Origin: Octopus vulgaris
Lineage: Eukaryota
Length of the DNA stretch: 64,000 bases
Direction: 5' to 3'
NCBI GenBank assembly: GCA_951406725.2
Contig: OX597814.1
Location: 202,616,001 to 202,680,000, forward strand
Below are positions 22,939 to 36,020 of the stretch, one piece after another. The notes under the pieces were generated by a model that saw only the letters and a program-made list of their open reading frames with translations, ran no database searches and was not told where the DNA came from. A program made the position numbers and the translations under genes. Position 1 is the first letter of the stretch; the number at the start of each line of letters is the position of its first letter.

Positions 22939-23329
22939 ATGGAATGGAAGCACTCCGTCGGTTATGACGATGAGGGTTCCGGTTGATCCGAATCAACGGA
23001 ACAGCCTGCTCGTGAAATTAACGTGTAAGTGGCTGAGCACTCCACAGACACGTGTACCCTTAACGTAGTTCTCGGGGATATTCAGCGTGACACAGAGAGT
23101 GACAAGGCCGGCCCTTTGAAATACAGGTACAACAGAAACAGGAAGTAAGAGTGAGAGAAAGTTGTGGTGAAAGAGTACAGCAGGGATCACCACCATCCCT
23201 GCCGGAGCTTCGTGGAGCTTTAGGTGTTTTCTCTCAATAAACACTCACAACGCCCGGTCTGGGAATTGAAACCGCGATCCTACGACTGCGAGTCCGCTGC
23301 CCTAACCAATGGGCCATTGCGCCTCCACG
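22939..23329 (-). mobile_element. SINE family C, young full length
   Basis: TSD AATATAAAGACA (22927-22938 / 23330-23341); tRNA-like head; (TTCCA)n tail; CpG retained. Confidence 0.92.
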
Positions 23330-23378
23330 AATATAAAGACAGATACATGTATACACACACAAATCGATTTTTTGTATA

Positions 23379-23602
23379 CAGTAATCCCTCGACTGTCGCA
23401 GGTGTTACATTCCAAACCCCCTCCCCACTGTAGGTGAAAATCCGCGAAGTAGAAACAGGACTGTACTGCATATTTTTGTTATTATTTTTATAATTTGTAT
23501 ATATTTATTTTATCATAAATGCAAAACAACACCATCAAGTAATCAATGTAAGTTTAAGTAGTAAACCGTGATAGATGACCCACAATAGGTGAACCGTGAT
23601 AT
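23379..23602 (+). mobile_element. pogo/Tigger-type MITE, right end lost
   Basis: TA|CAGTAATCCCTCG terminus; internal AAACCG(C/T)GA repeats. Confidence 0.6.
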
Positions 23603-24219
23603 TGTCCAGTCCAACTCTAAGGTAGAAGTCATTTGTCGTAAGTGCCACCTTGTAAACTAAAACCTGGAACCTTGTGCTTACAAAGTGACATTAGTTAATG
23701 GCAATGCCTGTATATCACCCTACAGCAATCCCAGCGTTCTGAAATTTATCATTCCCAATTTTTCTACCATATAATAAACATAGAATGCAGACATTGCTGT
23801 TAATCGAGTCATTCACTTTTTTGAGCTCATAATTCCAGTTCTAGCCCACCAAGTGGTGCTTCAACAAATGTCTTCTACCATAACTCTGAATTGATTAAGG
23901 CCTCATAAATGAATTTGTTATAGAAACTGCGAGAGCTCTCTCTTTCTCTGATGTGCATGTGTGTGTGTGTGTATGTGTGTGCATGTGTGTATGTGTCATC
24001 ATCATCATCACTCAGTGTCCATATTTCATGCTGGTATTGGTTGAAAAGCTTGACAGGATCCAGCAGGTGAGAGGACTGTGCCAAACTTCATTGTTTCTTT
24101 TGGTATGGCTTCTACAGCTGGATGCACTTCCTGATCCTAACCACTTTACAGAGTGTATGCATATATCTTTGTGTAATTTTTTTTATATCAATGAAAATCA
24201 GTAGATTCAAGCAAGTTTA

Positions 24220-24482
24220 TGGCATGCTCAAAAAGAAGACCCATCAAGCCGAACAAAATCATAGTCATGACAGATAACGGTGTCACGTAAATGGTACCTG
24301 TGCCAGTGGCATGTAAAAGCACCCATTACACTCTCAGAGCGGTTGGCGTTAGGAAGGGCATCCAGCTATAGAAAATCATGCCAAATCTGAGTGGATTCTG
24401 GCATAGCCTTCCAGCTTGCCAGCCCAGTCAAACTGTCCAACCCATGCCAGCATGGACAACAGATGTTGAATGATGATGATGA
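24220..24482 (+). mobile_element. RTE-LINE 3' end (family D)
   Basis: Conserved D blocks and (GAT)n tail. Confidence 0.85.
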
Positions 24483-24501
24483 ACAGAGTTACGTTCCATT
24501 A

Positions 24502-24738
24502 TACCTATTTCTTTATTATCCACAAGGGGCTAAACATAGAGGGGACAAACAAGGACAGACATAGGTATTAATTCGATTACATCGACCCCAGTGCATAACT
24601 GGTGCTTAATTTATCGACCCCGAAAGGATGAAAGGCAAGGTCGACCTCGGCAGAATTTGAACTCACAACGTAACGGCAGACGAAATACCGCAAAGCATTT
24701 CGCCCGGCGTGCTAATGCGTCTGCCAGCTCGCCGCCTT
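24502..24738 (-). mobile_element. SINE family B, young
   Basis: TSD TTCCATTATACC (24494-24505 / 24741-24752). Confidence 0.9.
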
Positions 24739-25009
24739 AATTCCATTATACCCATTATATGCCTCGTTCCATTATGCCAATGTCCACTTTGCAGAATGTA
24801 TTTTAACAGAAAAGTACCATAAGAACCACATTAACAACAAGTATTGATATGATCTGCTGAAATTGTTAAAGGTGGTACTTTAGTATTGCTACAATCCAGT
24901 GACAAGTAACATAGAATGTAGAAAACAAGATAATTAAAAAATATAAAGGGAAACACAACTAAAACAGTGAAACCTTGTGTATTACAAGAGTATCAGAGAA
25001 ATAAGGATG

Positions 25010-25234
25010 TTCAACCGTTTAGCATTTAAACTAGCTATATCGAGCTCAGAATATTTTACCTGTTTTATGTTTATGTTCAAACTGACCAGAACTGACTTCT
25101 TACACCTAGCCTGCAATGCGATTCTTACTATAAACAACCACATCTTCTAAATCGGGAAGCTACAAGATTAGTTTTAAAAAATGTAAATAAATGCGCATTA
25201 CATTCGACAAAGTAATATGAATGCTAAACGGTTC
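25010..25234 (+). mobile_element. piggyBac-type MITE (diverged)
   Basis: TIR CCGTTTAGCATT...AATGCTAAACGG; homologous to 26257-26475. Confidence 0.7.
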
Positions 25235-26256
25235 AGTAATCTCAATAGTTTTTGATATGTTTGGTTGTAAAGGAAATAGTGATAAACAGAACAAGTGTGA
25301 AATAATGGAATGCATGTCTGAAAATAAATCACTGGAAGTACTTGAAAGGATAATACATAATGGTAGATGTTAAATGATGTTTATTCCCTCACCTCGTATT
25401 TACATGACCATACAAATATTAGCACATTGCTTATATAAAATGATTAATGTTTCTGATGTTCATTTTTCGCTCTATCCCTTAAATTACCATACTGTACATG
25501 AAAGGACCATATTTGACTTATTCTCTTCCCATGACTGTTTTGTCAGATATTAATCACATCAGTAGAGATTGTTGTTACTGCTCCAAAACCTCATTATTCT
25601 GCCATTAGCAAAATAAATTATTGTTTAATTTTCACGAGTTTTCCTAAAAATATCTAGCTTGTATTGTTTGGTAGTTATGATCTAAATTCAGTTTTGTTAT
25701 TATTTTGCAAAAGGACAATGTATTTTTAAAGAAAAAAAACTATCAGTTACAAATGCTTAAAAGTACATGATATATTCTTATATAGATAAATGATGTATTT
25801 TTGATTCCAGTCTGCCTGAATCTACTTTTATAAAAGTTTTTGAGTGGTTTTTTTTCTTTCTTTTTTACTTACTGATAATGATGATATGTGTACATATATG
25901 TGTAGAGTAAGAATGAAAAATTCTCATCCAATGACATGATGTAGGTATGTACTATAAGAGCTTAGTTTGGTTTACCACTAAAACTCCAACTGAAAGAGAA
26001 GTGGTGTTGAAGCTGTCTATGAAATATGGCTAGAAGTGGATCATCATTGAGTGGGAAGCTATATACTAGAAACAGAGACTGAACAAGCAAAATATGTGGT
26101 ATCACTTTAGAGCATTTGATTTACATACAGGACAGAGTAGTTATAACAAATACAGAATTCTGAAGTAATGTATAAGTATGTATAAGTGTGTGTATCTTTA
26201 AGTCACGATATATAGATTCAAATAATCCAGTAGTACTCATAAAAAAAGCTCCTTAA

Positions 26257-26475
26257 CCCTTTAGTGTTTAAACCGGCCATATCCGGCCCAAATAATCTAC
26301 CTGTTTTCTGTTAAAACTGCCCAGATTTGATATCTCACACCACCCTATAATGTCAATCTAAAAACAGGTGATAACATCATGGAAATCTTAAAGCCACGAA
26401 ATAATGCATGATTAGCTTAAAATAATATGGATGAATAAATATTATATTTGACAGAATAATCTGAATGCTAAAGGG
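26257..26475 (+). mobile_element. piggyBac-type MITE
   Basis: TTAA|CCCTTTAG...CTAAAGGG|TTAA; a further copy at ~28848-29056 (-). Confidence 0.85.
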
Positions 26476-26504
26476 TTAATGTATCACTCTACATAGAATA
26501 TATA

Positions 26505-27125
26505 GTAATGACGAGGGCAGCTGTGTAAAGAAGTGCCAGTCTCTAACTGGAGGGAGACTGTGGTAGAAATAGACCCAGGAAGACATGGGACAAGGTGATG
26601 AAGCATGATCTTTGAACTTTGGGCCTCACAGAGGCAATGACTATTGACCGAGACCTTTGGTGATGTGCTGTGCTTAAGAAGACCCATCAGGCCAAGTAAA
26701 ATTATAGTTTTAGTTGATGCTGGTGTCACATTACTGGCACCTGTGCCAGTGACATGCAGAGAGCACCTTTAAAGCATTGGGCCTCACAGAGGCAAAGTGG
26801 CTGAGCTCCTTTCCAAGGTTTGGCCTCACGGAGGCAATGACTGAGACCTTTGGCATTATGTCATGCTTGAAAAGAAGACCCATCAAGACGAGCAAAGTCA
26901 CGGTCATGACAGATACCAGTGTCACGCAAATGGCACCTATGCCAGTGGCACATAAAAGCACCCATTACACTCTCGGAGTGGTTGGCATTAGGAAGGGCAT
27001 CCAGCCATAGAAGCCATGCCAAACCTGACTAAAGTCTGGTGCAACCTTCCAGCTTACCAACCCTGGTCAAACCATCCAACCCATGCCAGCATGGACAACA
27101 GACGTTAAATGATGATGATGATGAT
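26505..27125 (+). mobile_element. RTE-LINE 3' end with ORF C-terminus (defines family D)
   Basis: Translation CVKKCQSLT/EGDCGRNRPRKTWDKVMKHDL*TLGLTEAMTIDRDLW*CAVLKKTHQAK* is an RTE-type C-terminus, followed by the D UTR. The LGLTEAM segment is internally duplicated. Confidence 0.9.
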
Positions 27126-27234
27126 ACTAGAGAAAAAGGTAAGGAATTTGTATATAGTATATGACATAGCTAAATATTTCTCTTTTATTTATGACAATAT
27201 ATCTATATCTATATACATATATCAAAAGTCAAAT

Positions 27235-27775
27235 ATCAAAATCAAATTCGATGACTGGCGTCCATGCTAGCGGGGTGCAAAGAGCACCATACAAGTGTGA
27301 TCATTGACAGAGTGGCTAACCGGCTTCCGTGCCAGTGGCACTTAAAAGGCACCATTCGAGCATGATCGTTACCAGCATCGCACTACTGGCACCCGTGCTA
27401 GTAGGGTATTAAGAGCACCATCCAAGTGTGATCGTTGCCAGAGCAACTGTCTGGCCTCCGTGCCGTTGGCACGTAAAAAGCACCATTCAAGTGTGAGCGT
27501 TACCAGCATCGCCTTAATGGCACCAGTGCTGGTGGCATGTGCAAAAGATTTGAGCAAGGTCATTGCCAGTGCCGCCTGACTGGCCCCGTGCCAGTGGCAC
27601 GTAAAAGCACCCACTACACTCTTGGAGTGGTTGGCATTAGGAAGGGCATCCAGCTGTAGAAACTCTTCAAGATCAGATTGGAGCCTGGTGTAGCCATCTG
27701 GTTCGCCAGCCCTCAGTCAAAATTGTCCAACCCATGCTAGCATGGAAAACGGACATTAAACGATGATGATGATGA
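27235..27775 (+). mobile_element. RTE-LINE 3'UTR (family D), ~6 units
   Basis: Repeated GCACCATTC/GTGATCGTT.CCAG units; (GAT)n tail. Confidence 0.88.
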
Positions 27776-27933
27776 CACCCACACATATCAATATTTTTCA
27801 AGTCGCTCAGTTTTCTTCAATTGATCAATAGACCAACTGTCAGTAATCTGCCTACAATGATTACTGGAAACAGCTGTAAGCCAGATTTGCTCCTATAAAG
27901 GAAAAATATGTAATGATCATTATTTATAACTCG

Positions 27934-27970
<37 letters not shown>

Positions 27971-28640
27971 CTTGATATCTTTCAATAGTTGTGAATGAGT
28001 GTCACTGTCATATAAGCTGTGTCATTCATTTCCAATATTTTGCATAAACGTGTCTGGTTATGGGGAGGGAAATATTATTTTGCTTGGAAATAGGTGAGGG
28101 TTGGTGACAGGAAGGGTGTGTGGCTGTAGAAAATCTACCTCGGCCAGTTCAATCTGACCCATGCAAGCATGGAAAATTGGATGTTCAAAACAATAACAGA
28201 TCAGGGGCTATGTGCAATGGCTTTAGCTTTGACAGGCCCTCTGAGACTGGTGAGATTGTTTCCATTGATGTTCTGCTTAAGCTGTTTCAAGTCAAATACG
28301 TGCAGGAAAGACATGATTAGAGAGGAGGTTTTTCGAGGGCTTATGTCCTGGGGTGGAAGGACTTGATTGGATGTAGTGATTAGTACAAAGCCTGGAGTAT
28401 GTTGGGGTAAATATATCTTGGGTGATGAGAGGAGAGATAAGAGTGTTGTAACTGATCCCCTGAGTGGAAGTAGCAAGTTATTGAACAGCGCTGAAGGACA
28501 TAGGCCATAGGGGACACAGCATACTTGTGGGCCAGAGATTGGTATATGTCTGTGAGTGAGGCAGAGATTGGAGATGACATATCTGAAGGCCAGACTGGAG
28601 CATGTCTGTAAGTGTTTAAATGCCATAAAGAGTTCATATT

Positions 28641-28833
28641 CTTTTCTACTTTTGGTGGCGGAGTCCAGTCAATTAGCTTGACCCCAGTACACAAATGGTA
28701 CTTAATTTATCAACCCCGAAAGAATGAAAGACAAATTTGACCTTGGTGGAATTTGAACTCAGAACGTAAAGACAGACGAAATACTACTAAGCATTTCGCC
28801 TGGCATGCAAATATTTCTGCCAGCTCGCCACCT
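28641..28833 (-). mobile_element. SINE family B
   Basis: TSD TAAAGAGTTCATATT (28626-28640 / 28834-28848). Confidence 0.9.
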
Positions 28834-29564
28834 TAAAGAGTTCATATTTAACCCTCAAAGATGTAATGCTCATTTATTCACATCAATTTTGAATTTCTCA
28901 TGCATTATCTCATAGCTTTAAGATTTCAATGATGTGATTGTTTATTTTTAGAATGACATTACAGGATAGGTGTGAGAGGCTGAATCTGGCTGGTTTGAAT
29001 GTAAAACTGTTTGATTATTTAGGCCACACTTGGCTGGCTTGAGTGCCAAAGTGTTAAGTCGTAATTGTATGTCAGAATCTATTCCAAACACTGAGCTCAT
29101 AAACCAATTAATGATTAAATTGTTTTACTGAATCTTTTCAAATTCTTCATTATTTTCAAGATTAATTAAAACTTAAAATAATATACTTTGTTACAAATAT
29201 AAACAGACAGGTTGAAGAGAAAAAAATTTAACCATTTTTTTTTGTTGTTGCAACATTGCATAACCTCAGCTATTCAACTAGTTTAGCAAACCTATGTTTA
29301 CTTCAGCCTGTTTAGTGAACCTATGTTCAAAAGTATTCTAGCCATGACCATCCCATCTTTTACTTAGAAACAATGCATTCAGGACCTTATTGTTGAATGT
29401 CTTTTATTTTTTAAGATGGCGTGATCTGTGGGAGATTTGGTTACTATTTCTCACAGGTCAAATAACTGCCTCTTGTCTCTCTTGGATCTGTTGTTAAGGT
29501 TATTAAGTGACGAAAAACAGTAGATAGAAAGATTAATGGGTTTGTCAGTAGATTGAAATTATAT

Positions 29565-29950
29565 CAAGAAGTTTGCTTTTGAACCATATTGGGGTTTTGG
29601 GTTCAGTCCCACTGCATGGCACCTTGGGCAAGTGTCTTGTACTATATAGCTCTGAGATGACCAAATCCTTGCGAGTGGATTTGGTAGATGGAGTCTATCA
29701 TATGTGTAAGTGTGTATGTGTCTCTTTGTCTTGACATCCCATGGTAGTTGTAAATAAATGTCCCTGTCAAATAAGCAGTGTTATTTATTTCTAATATTTT
29801 GCAAAAGGCATGTCTAGCTATGGGGAAATATTACTCTGCTTGGAAACTGGCGAGTGTTGGCAATAGGAAGAGCATTTGCTGGTAGAAAATCTTCCTCCAT
29901 AAATGTCATCCAAACATGCAAGCATGGAAAAGTGAATGGTAAAAATGATG
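29565..29950 (+). mobile_element. SINE with A head and RTE-like tail
   Basis: GGTTCAGTCCCACTGCATGGCACCTTGGGCAAGTGTCTT head; tail CATGCAAGCATGGAAAAGTG...ATGATG resembles the family D 3' end. Confidence 0.75.
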
Positions 29951-31159
29951 AAATACTCTCTCTTTCTCTCTCTCTCTGTATTTTGGAATTGTTTAACCTT
30001 CCTGGACCATTCTCCACTCCAACTGGCTTGCTGTCTGTTTCTCTGCCTCTGTCTCTCTCTCTTTCCCTCCCCCTCTCTCCCACCTTCCTCTCCTATGTTC
30101 TACTGACATTGCCAAAAATCTCCTTGATAGTAAGAAGGATACCCATGTCCTCAGTCATACTCTAATCTCTTGGTTCTGCTCCCTCTCTCATCTAAATGTG
30201 CCTTGCCTTGCAAGCTCATGGGTGCTGGTTCCATATAAAAAGCACCCATGCTGGTGTCACATAAAAACAAAGCACCACATAAAAAAAAAGCAATCATGCC
30301 AGTGTCATATAGAAGGCGTCTATGCTGGTGCCATGCAAAAGCACCCTGTATGCTCTGTGAAACGGTTGGCATTAGGAAGAGCATCCAGCTGTAGAAACCA
30401 AGCCACAGCAGACAAATAGAACCTGGTGCAGCTCCTGGCCTTGCAAGCTTTTGTCAAACCATCCAACCTATGCCAGCATGGAAAATGGACGTTAAATGAT
30501 GATGATGGTGATGATGACGATATATCATACAGAAATATGTTAACTGTATTCATATTTAGTTTTCTTCATTAAACATTATTTTTACCAAAAAAAAAAAAAA
30601 AAAACTGTTTTGGAATATATCAATTCTTGAAGAAGATATTCTAGATGCTGGAATGATTTACATTTTCTGTCATAATGAAATGCTGCTTTGAGTAAATATA
30701 GACATTCTGTTTGCCGTGACTATTGGTTCATTTAAACTATCTCTGTATTAAAACTCCTTAAAAACTTTTTGATGTTTAATAGTTTTCTTCAGACAAGATG
30801 AAAATAATTTGAGCTGTAAACGATTTGCAATTTGTCACAGCTGCAAGTAAATAAACATTGTGAACGTGTATAAAGAATAATGAATTGTGAGGCTATACAT
30901 TTAGATCATCACTGCAGACATAACAGAAAATGTTTGTAGGAAAATTGATAAAATGAAACCATAGGAAGGATATTTTTCACATTTGTTTTCTTCATGGAGG
31001 AAGGAAAAGAATATGGATAGTTGTGAATGAAATATATATGAAATTCTTTTTCTTTTCTTCTTTCACTTGTTTCATCATTAGACTGTGGCCATGGTGGAGC
31101 ACCACCTTGAAGGATTTTAGTCTAATGAATTGATTCCAGTGCATTTTTTCTTTTGTGAT

Positions 31160-31890
31160 TGTAGCCGTGGCCTATGCCAGTGTCGTATAACTGACCCATT
31201 TAAGAGTACCCTTTAATCTTTGGGCAATATGCTGTGTTTGAGAAGACCTGTTGAGTCAAGTGAAATCATTGTCATCGCTGATGCCAGTACTGCCTAACTG
31301 GCACATAAAAAAGCATTGTTTGAGTGTGGTTGATGCCAGTGCCGCCAGACTAGCTCTTGTGCCAGTGGAACATAAAAAGCACCATACAAGTGTGGTGGAA
31401 CATAAAAAGCACCATAAAAGTATGGTTGATGCCAGTGCCGCCTGACTGGCTCCCATGCTGGTGGCATGTAAAAAGCACCATTCAAACATGGTTGATGTCA
31501 ATGCCACCAGACTTGTCTCCCATGCTGGTGGAACATAAAAAGCATCATACAAGTGTGGTCGATGCCAGTACCTCCTGACTGGCGCTTGTGACAGTGGCAT
31601 GTAAAAGGCACCATTCAAACATGGTCGATGCCAGTGCTGCCAGATTGGCTCCCATTCTGTTGGCACATAAAAGGCACCATTCAAGCCTGGTTGATGCCAG
31701 TGCAATGTGACTGGCCCCCAATGCTGGTGGCATGTAAAAAACAACCAGTGCACTCTCAAAATGATTGTCATTAGGAAGGCTTTCCAGATCAGACTGGAGC
31801 CTGGTGCAGCCCCCTGGCTTGCCAGTTCTCAGTCAAACTGTCCAACCCAAGCCAGCATGGACAACAGACGTTAAATGATGATGATGATGA
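31160..31890 (+). mobile_element. RTE-LINE 3'UTR (family D), 7-8 units, inserted into a family A SINE (~31060-32145, -)
   Basis: Longest unit array in the window; A tail and A body on either side. Confidence 0.88.
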
Positions 31891-32771
31891 AGCGTGGTAC
31901 TTAGTCTATTTGTCTCTTCTGCGAAACTACTAATTATGGGGATGTAAACACATCAATACTGATTGTCAAGTGGTAGTGGTATGGGGAGGACAAACACACA
32001 CACAAATATATACATATATATATACACAAAGACACACACACATACACACACACACACATACATATATATATTGGGCTTCTTTCAGACTCCATCTACAAAA
32101 TCCATTGACAAAGCTTTGGTCAGCCTGATGCCAACACTTGCCCAAAATGTAGTTGGAAGTTCAAATCACAGATAACTATCATTTAATTTAAGAACATACC
32201 CTCCTGAAACTCTGATTAGCTATGGCTTCTTGGGCCATTTTATGTCAGTGGTTAAAGGTTTCATCATTGAAGGTAACTTTGATAGCAGTGACAGGGGAAA
32301 GTATCTATCTTTTACTTGTTTCAAATCTTCATCATCATGGTTTAACATCTGCTTTCCATGCTGGCATGGGTTGGACAGCTTGACTGGGGACTGGCAAGGT
32401 TTCTACAGCTGGATGCCCTTCCTAACATGAACCACTCTTAGAGTGTATTGTGTACTTTTTATGTGCCACCTGCACTGGCAATGGCCCAAGCTCAGATGGC
32501 ACTGGCAACAACCACGCTTGAATGGTACTTTTTACATGCCATTGGCATGGGTGCCAGTGAGGCTGTACTGGCATCGGCCACAACAATGACTTAACTTGAC
32601 TTAACAGGTCTTCGCAAACACAGTTTATTGCCCTTAGCCAGAAAAAAGGTGAGGACTGGCAACATGAAGGGCACCCACCTGTAGAAAATCTACCTCATTG
32701 AATTCTATCTAACCCATCCAGACATAGAAACTAGACATCATGACGGTGATATTCTTTTCTCAAGTTACTGC

Positions 32772-33079
32772 TTTTATCATTTACTCGTTTCAGTCAGTGG
32801 ACTGTGGCTATGCTGGAGCACCACCTTGAATCTTTAGTCAAATGAATCAATACCAGTGGTCAAGTGGGGGAATGGATAAACACAAAGACACTCACACACA
32901 CATACACACACATATGTATATGATGGGCTTCTTTCAGTTTCTGTCTACCAAATCCACTCACAAGGCTTTGATCAGTCTGAGGCTATAGTAGAAGACACTT
33001 GCCCAAGGTGCCATGGAGTGAGACTGAACCTGGAACCATGTGGTTGGGAAGCAGGCATTTTACCACTCAGCCACGCCTA
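32772..33079 (-). mobile_element. SINE family A with internal deletion
   Basis: Head and tail match 57401-57840. Confidence 0.85.
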
Positions 33080-34591
33080 CAAAATACATTCCTCGTTTTT
33101 CATTTAACACCATTTTACAGTATAAAACCTTAATTTTATCAGTGTATTCAGACTTTTGGCTATGATTGCAAAATTTAGCAATAAAGAAGTTTTTAAAACT
33201 GCCGGCACCTCCTCTATTCAAACAGTATTCTTCCCAACATTACTAGTTCAAGAGTTATTCTACAAATGCTTCTATTACTTCTTCAGATAAACTTTCATTA
33301 TATAAAACGCATTTTGATGAATAAATTAAGTTTCCACAACATTTTCCTGAAATAAGACAAAATTAAACAAGACATTAATAAGACACCATAGTCAATAAGA
33401 AGAAGAAGAACTTGCTTTACAGAACTGACTTATTTAAATATTATTTGAATATGTCGAGCTGAAGTAGCAACATGATGTCTTGTCAGATTGTTTTTCTTTT
33501 TATAATTACAGCATACGCACATACATACATACACACTCACATACAAAAGCACATGTACACATGTGTGAGTGTGTATATTAGCATGTATGTATGTGTATAT
33601 GTTTGTGTATTTTTGTATGTATGTGTATATGTGTGCATATATATGTACAATTAATGTGTGTATATAATATCTATATATCTATATATATTTGTGTGTGTGT
33701 GTGTGTGTTCAATATATATGTATAAATGGTTTCTCAGATCAATGATTTCTCCTTTAAAAATTAACTTACTTGCCTATTTTAAAAGACTCTGATTCCGTAT
33801 GCACGCATTTCCTGTGTAAACTGTCTTCAAAACTATTTGATGTCTGCTAATTAATTCTCATTGAAGTAATCCTGTGATCAAAGTTTTACTACGATATTTT
33901 TGAAAGTGTATGTATAAATTAATGTTCAACCACAGACTAGTAGTAGTAGTAGTAGTAGTAGACTAGTGATAAGTATTTTAGGAACTTTAGAAATTGATTG
34001 CAGGAAGATAAACCTTATCATATTATATATATATGTGTGTGTATATATATATATATATATAATATACATACACACACTTTGTTGTTTATAGATATTTGCT
34101 GGGTGTGTGATAAACATATGAAATAGTTTGAATAGATGTGTTTAGAAAAGGAATATTGAAATCTGTTAATGTGTTGTTTATTCCAAGCAAGATACTATTA
34201 TTTGTGGTTACAGGCTAGAGAACATTTTGAAAGTAATCTCAGTCGTATGGAATCTAAAACACCTTTGACAACATCATCATATATACATGGCCTACCTTTC
34301 ATCTATAGCTTTATATTTCTTCTAAAACTTTTTTTGTAATACTGTTTTAATGTTTCCATACCACCACTATTCAAAATGTCTTGCTTCTCTATTTTTTTTT
34401 TTTTGTGTCTGTGTTTTTCTAACACTCATACTGTACCTAGGGTCTTTGACATGACTTTAAACTGCATCTGGTATAGTAGCGCCCTGATCTGAGAGTTCTA
34501 GGGTTTTGAGGAACTGTCTCTTAGCCACTATTGTTTCTAGGTCTGCTCTGGCCTGGAGTAGCAGCATCGGTCAGGATCCCAGCTATGGATA

Positions 34592-34725
34592 AATCTCCAG
34601 GGATACAGGCATCCAACAACAGGACCTCCGTAATGCTATGATGGACCGTGAAGTGTGGCGTTGCTTAGTAAATTCATCATCATCATCATTGTCTCGACCA
34701 CGGTCGAACAAGGATGATAATGATG
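34592..34725 (+). pseudogene. 3' end of a second RTE-type LINE
   Basis: ISRDTGIQQQDLRNAMMDREVWRCLVN (RTE DRxxWR motif) plus (GAT)n tail. Confidence 0.75.
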
Positions 34726-35251
34726 GGTAAATTAGCATGTCCTGAAATTACTTCTAGAAGAAGGTCACTCACAGACCCTCCAAAGTAGCCTTGGTAGATG
34801 AGGCCCTTCAGCTCTTTAGGTGCTCATCTTAGAGAAGGTAACTTCATAGAAATCTTGCATCATGTTAACTCCTGGGCTCATCATACTTGTTGCATCAGTC
34901 CAGTGCAAACTTGGAGAACCAAAGTGTGGGATAGGTTCTACATGATCTATGCCCAATATAAAATATATTCATCTTGCAGGTTGTCCAACAAACTGAGACA
35001 CCAGTGTGCAGCTGTGGCTTGTTGAACCCTCGTTTGTTAAAGCAATGGGAAGGTCCACACTGCCAAAACTTTCTAAATTTCATTCCAATGTTTTGCTGTC
35101 CTTTTAGCAAAATGTTGATTCTAAACTGCACTAACTTCAAAGAGTGTGTACATTCTTCAACTTCAAAACCTTGTGGAAAATTATTGGGAAATCATATTTG
35201 TTTAACTTTTTAAGAAACAGCTGTTAGGCTTCATTGTTTTCTAAATGAACA

Positions 35252-35612
35252 CAGGCATGTCTGTGCAGTAGAAAGCTTGCTTCCCAACCACATGGTTTTG
35301 GGTTCAGTCCCACTGCATGGCACCTTGGGTGTCTTCTTCTATAGCCTTGTGAATGGATTTGGTAGGCAGAAACTGAGAAAGGCCCATTGTGTGTGTGTGT
35401 GTGTGTCTATGTTTGTCTCTTACCACTGCCTGAAAGATAGTGTTGGTGTTTACACCCCCATGACTTAGTGGTTCAGCGAAAAAGAACCAATAGAAAAATT
35501 ACGAAGCTTAAGGAAAAAAAATAGAACTGAGCTGAATTCATTTAATTAAAAATTCTTTCAGGTGGTACCCCAGCATGGCCACAGTCTTATGAATGAAACA
35601 ATTAAAAGATAA
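35252..35612 (+). mobile_element. SINE family A
   Basis: Colinear with 56715-57124. Confidence 0.8.
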
Positions 35613-35777
35613 ACTATAAACATATTTCCTGAATAATAGACATATCATTTCATGACATCAGCCACACATGAAATGATAAGCAGTTCATGTCTGACATTGC
35701 ACAGCGTTCTTGGTTTCAGTTATGTATATTTTGTCCATCTTTATGTTCTGAGTTCAAATTCCACCAAGGCTTTCATC

Positions 35778-36020
35778 CTGTTGAGGGGGTCAATAAATTA
35801 ACCCTTTCGTTACTGTATTTATTTTGAGATGCTCTGTGTTTCTTTCAATTATTTTAAATATAACAAAGAATTTAGTAAAATAACTAAGTTATTATTCAGC
35901 TAGTGTTAAGAACATAAATTGTGACTAAGGTTTGGTGGAAGATTTTAATTCAAAACTTATGAAAACAAGACATTTGTACTCAGAGCCAGAGTTGGTTTCA
36001 GCTGGGTTGGTAACAAAAGT
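35778..36020 (+). mobile_element. piggyBac-type MITE (second family) inside a B SINE; related copy 63162-63388
   Basis: TTAA|CCCTTTCGTTAC terminus; the other copy ends GTATCAAAAGGG|TTAA. Confidence 0.7.

Larger units (their letters stand above)
21883..25557. repeat. ~310-bp inverted duplication (arms ~21883-22197 and ~25248-25557)
   Basis: Arms are near-exact reverse complements, e.g. GAGAATAAGTCAAATATGGTCCTTTCATGT vs ACATGAAAGGACCATATTTGACTTATTCTC. Confidence 0.9.

Noticed and set aside
23250-23329. tRNA gene (also heads at 21460-21535, 56715-56785 and others)
   Set aside because: tRNA-like box A/B heads run into SINE bodies with tails and TSDs; no complete acceptor stem.
28201-28626. 141-aa ORF (similarly 51058-51501, 34798-35213)
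   Set aside because: No recognisable domain or splice context; probably decayed retroelement sequence that I cannot assign.
31290-31745. CRISPR-like repeat/spacer appearance of family D units
   Set aside because: The linkers are homologous to each other, the array lies in an RTE 3'UTR, the context is eukaryotic and there are no cas genes.
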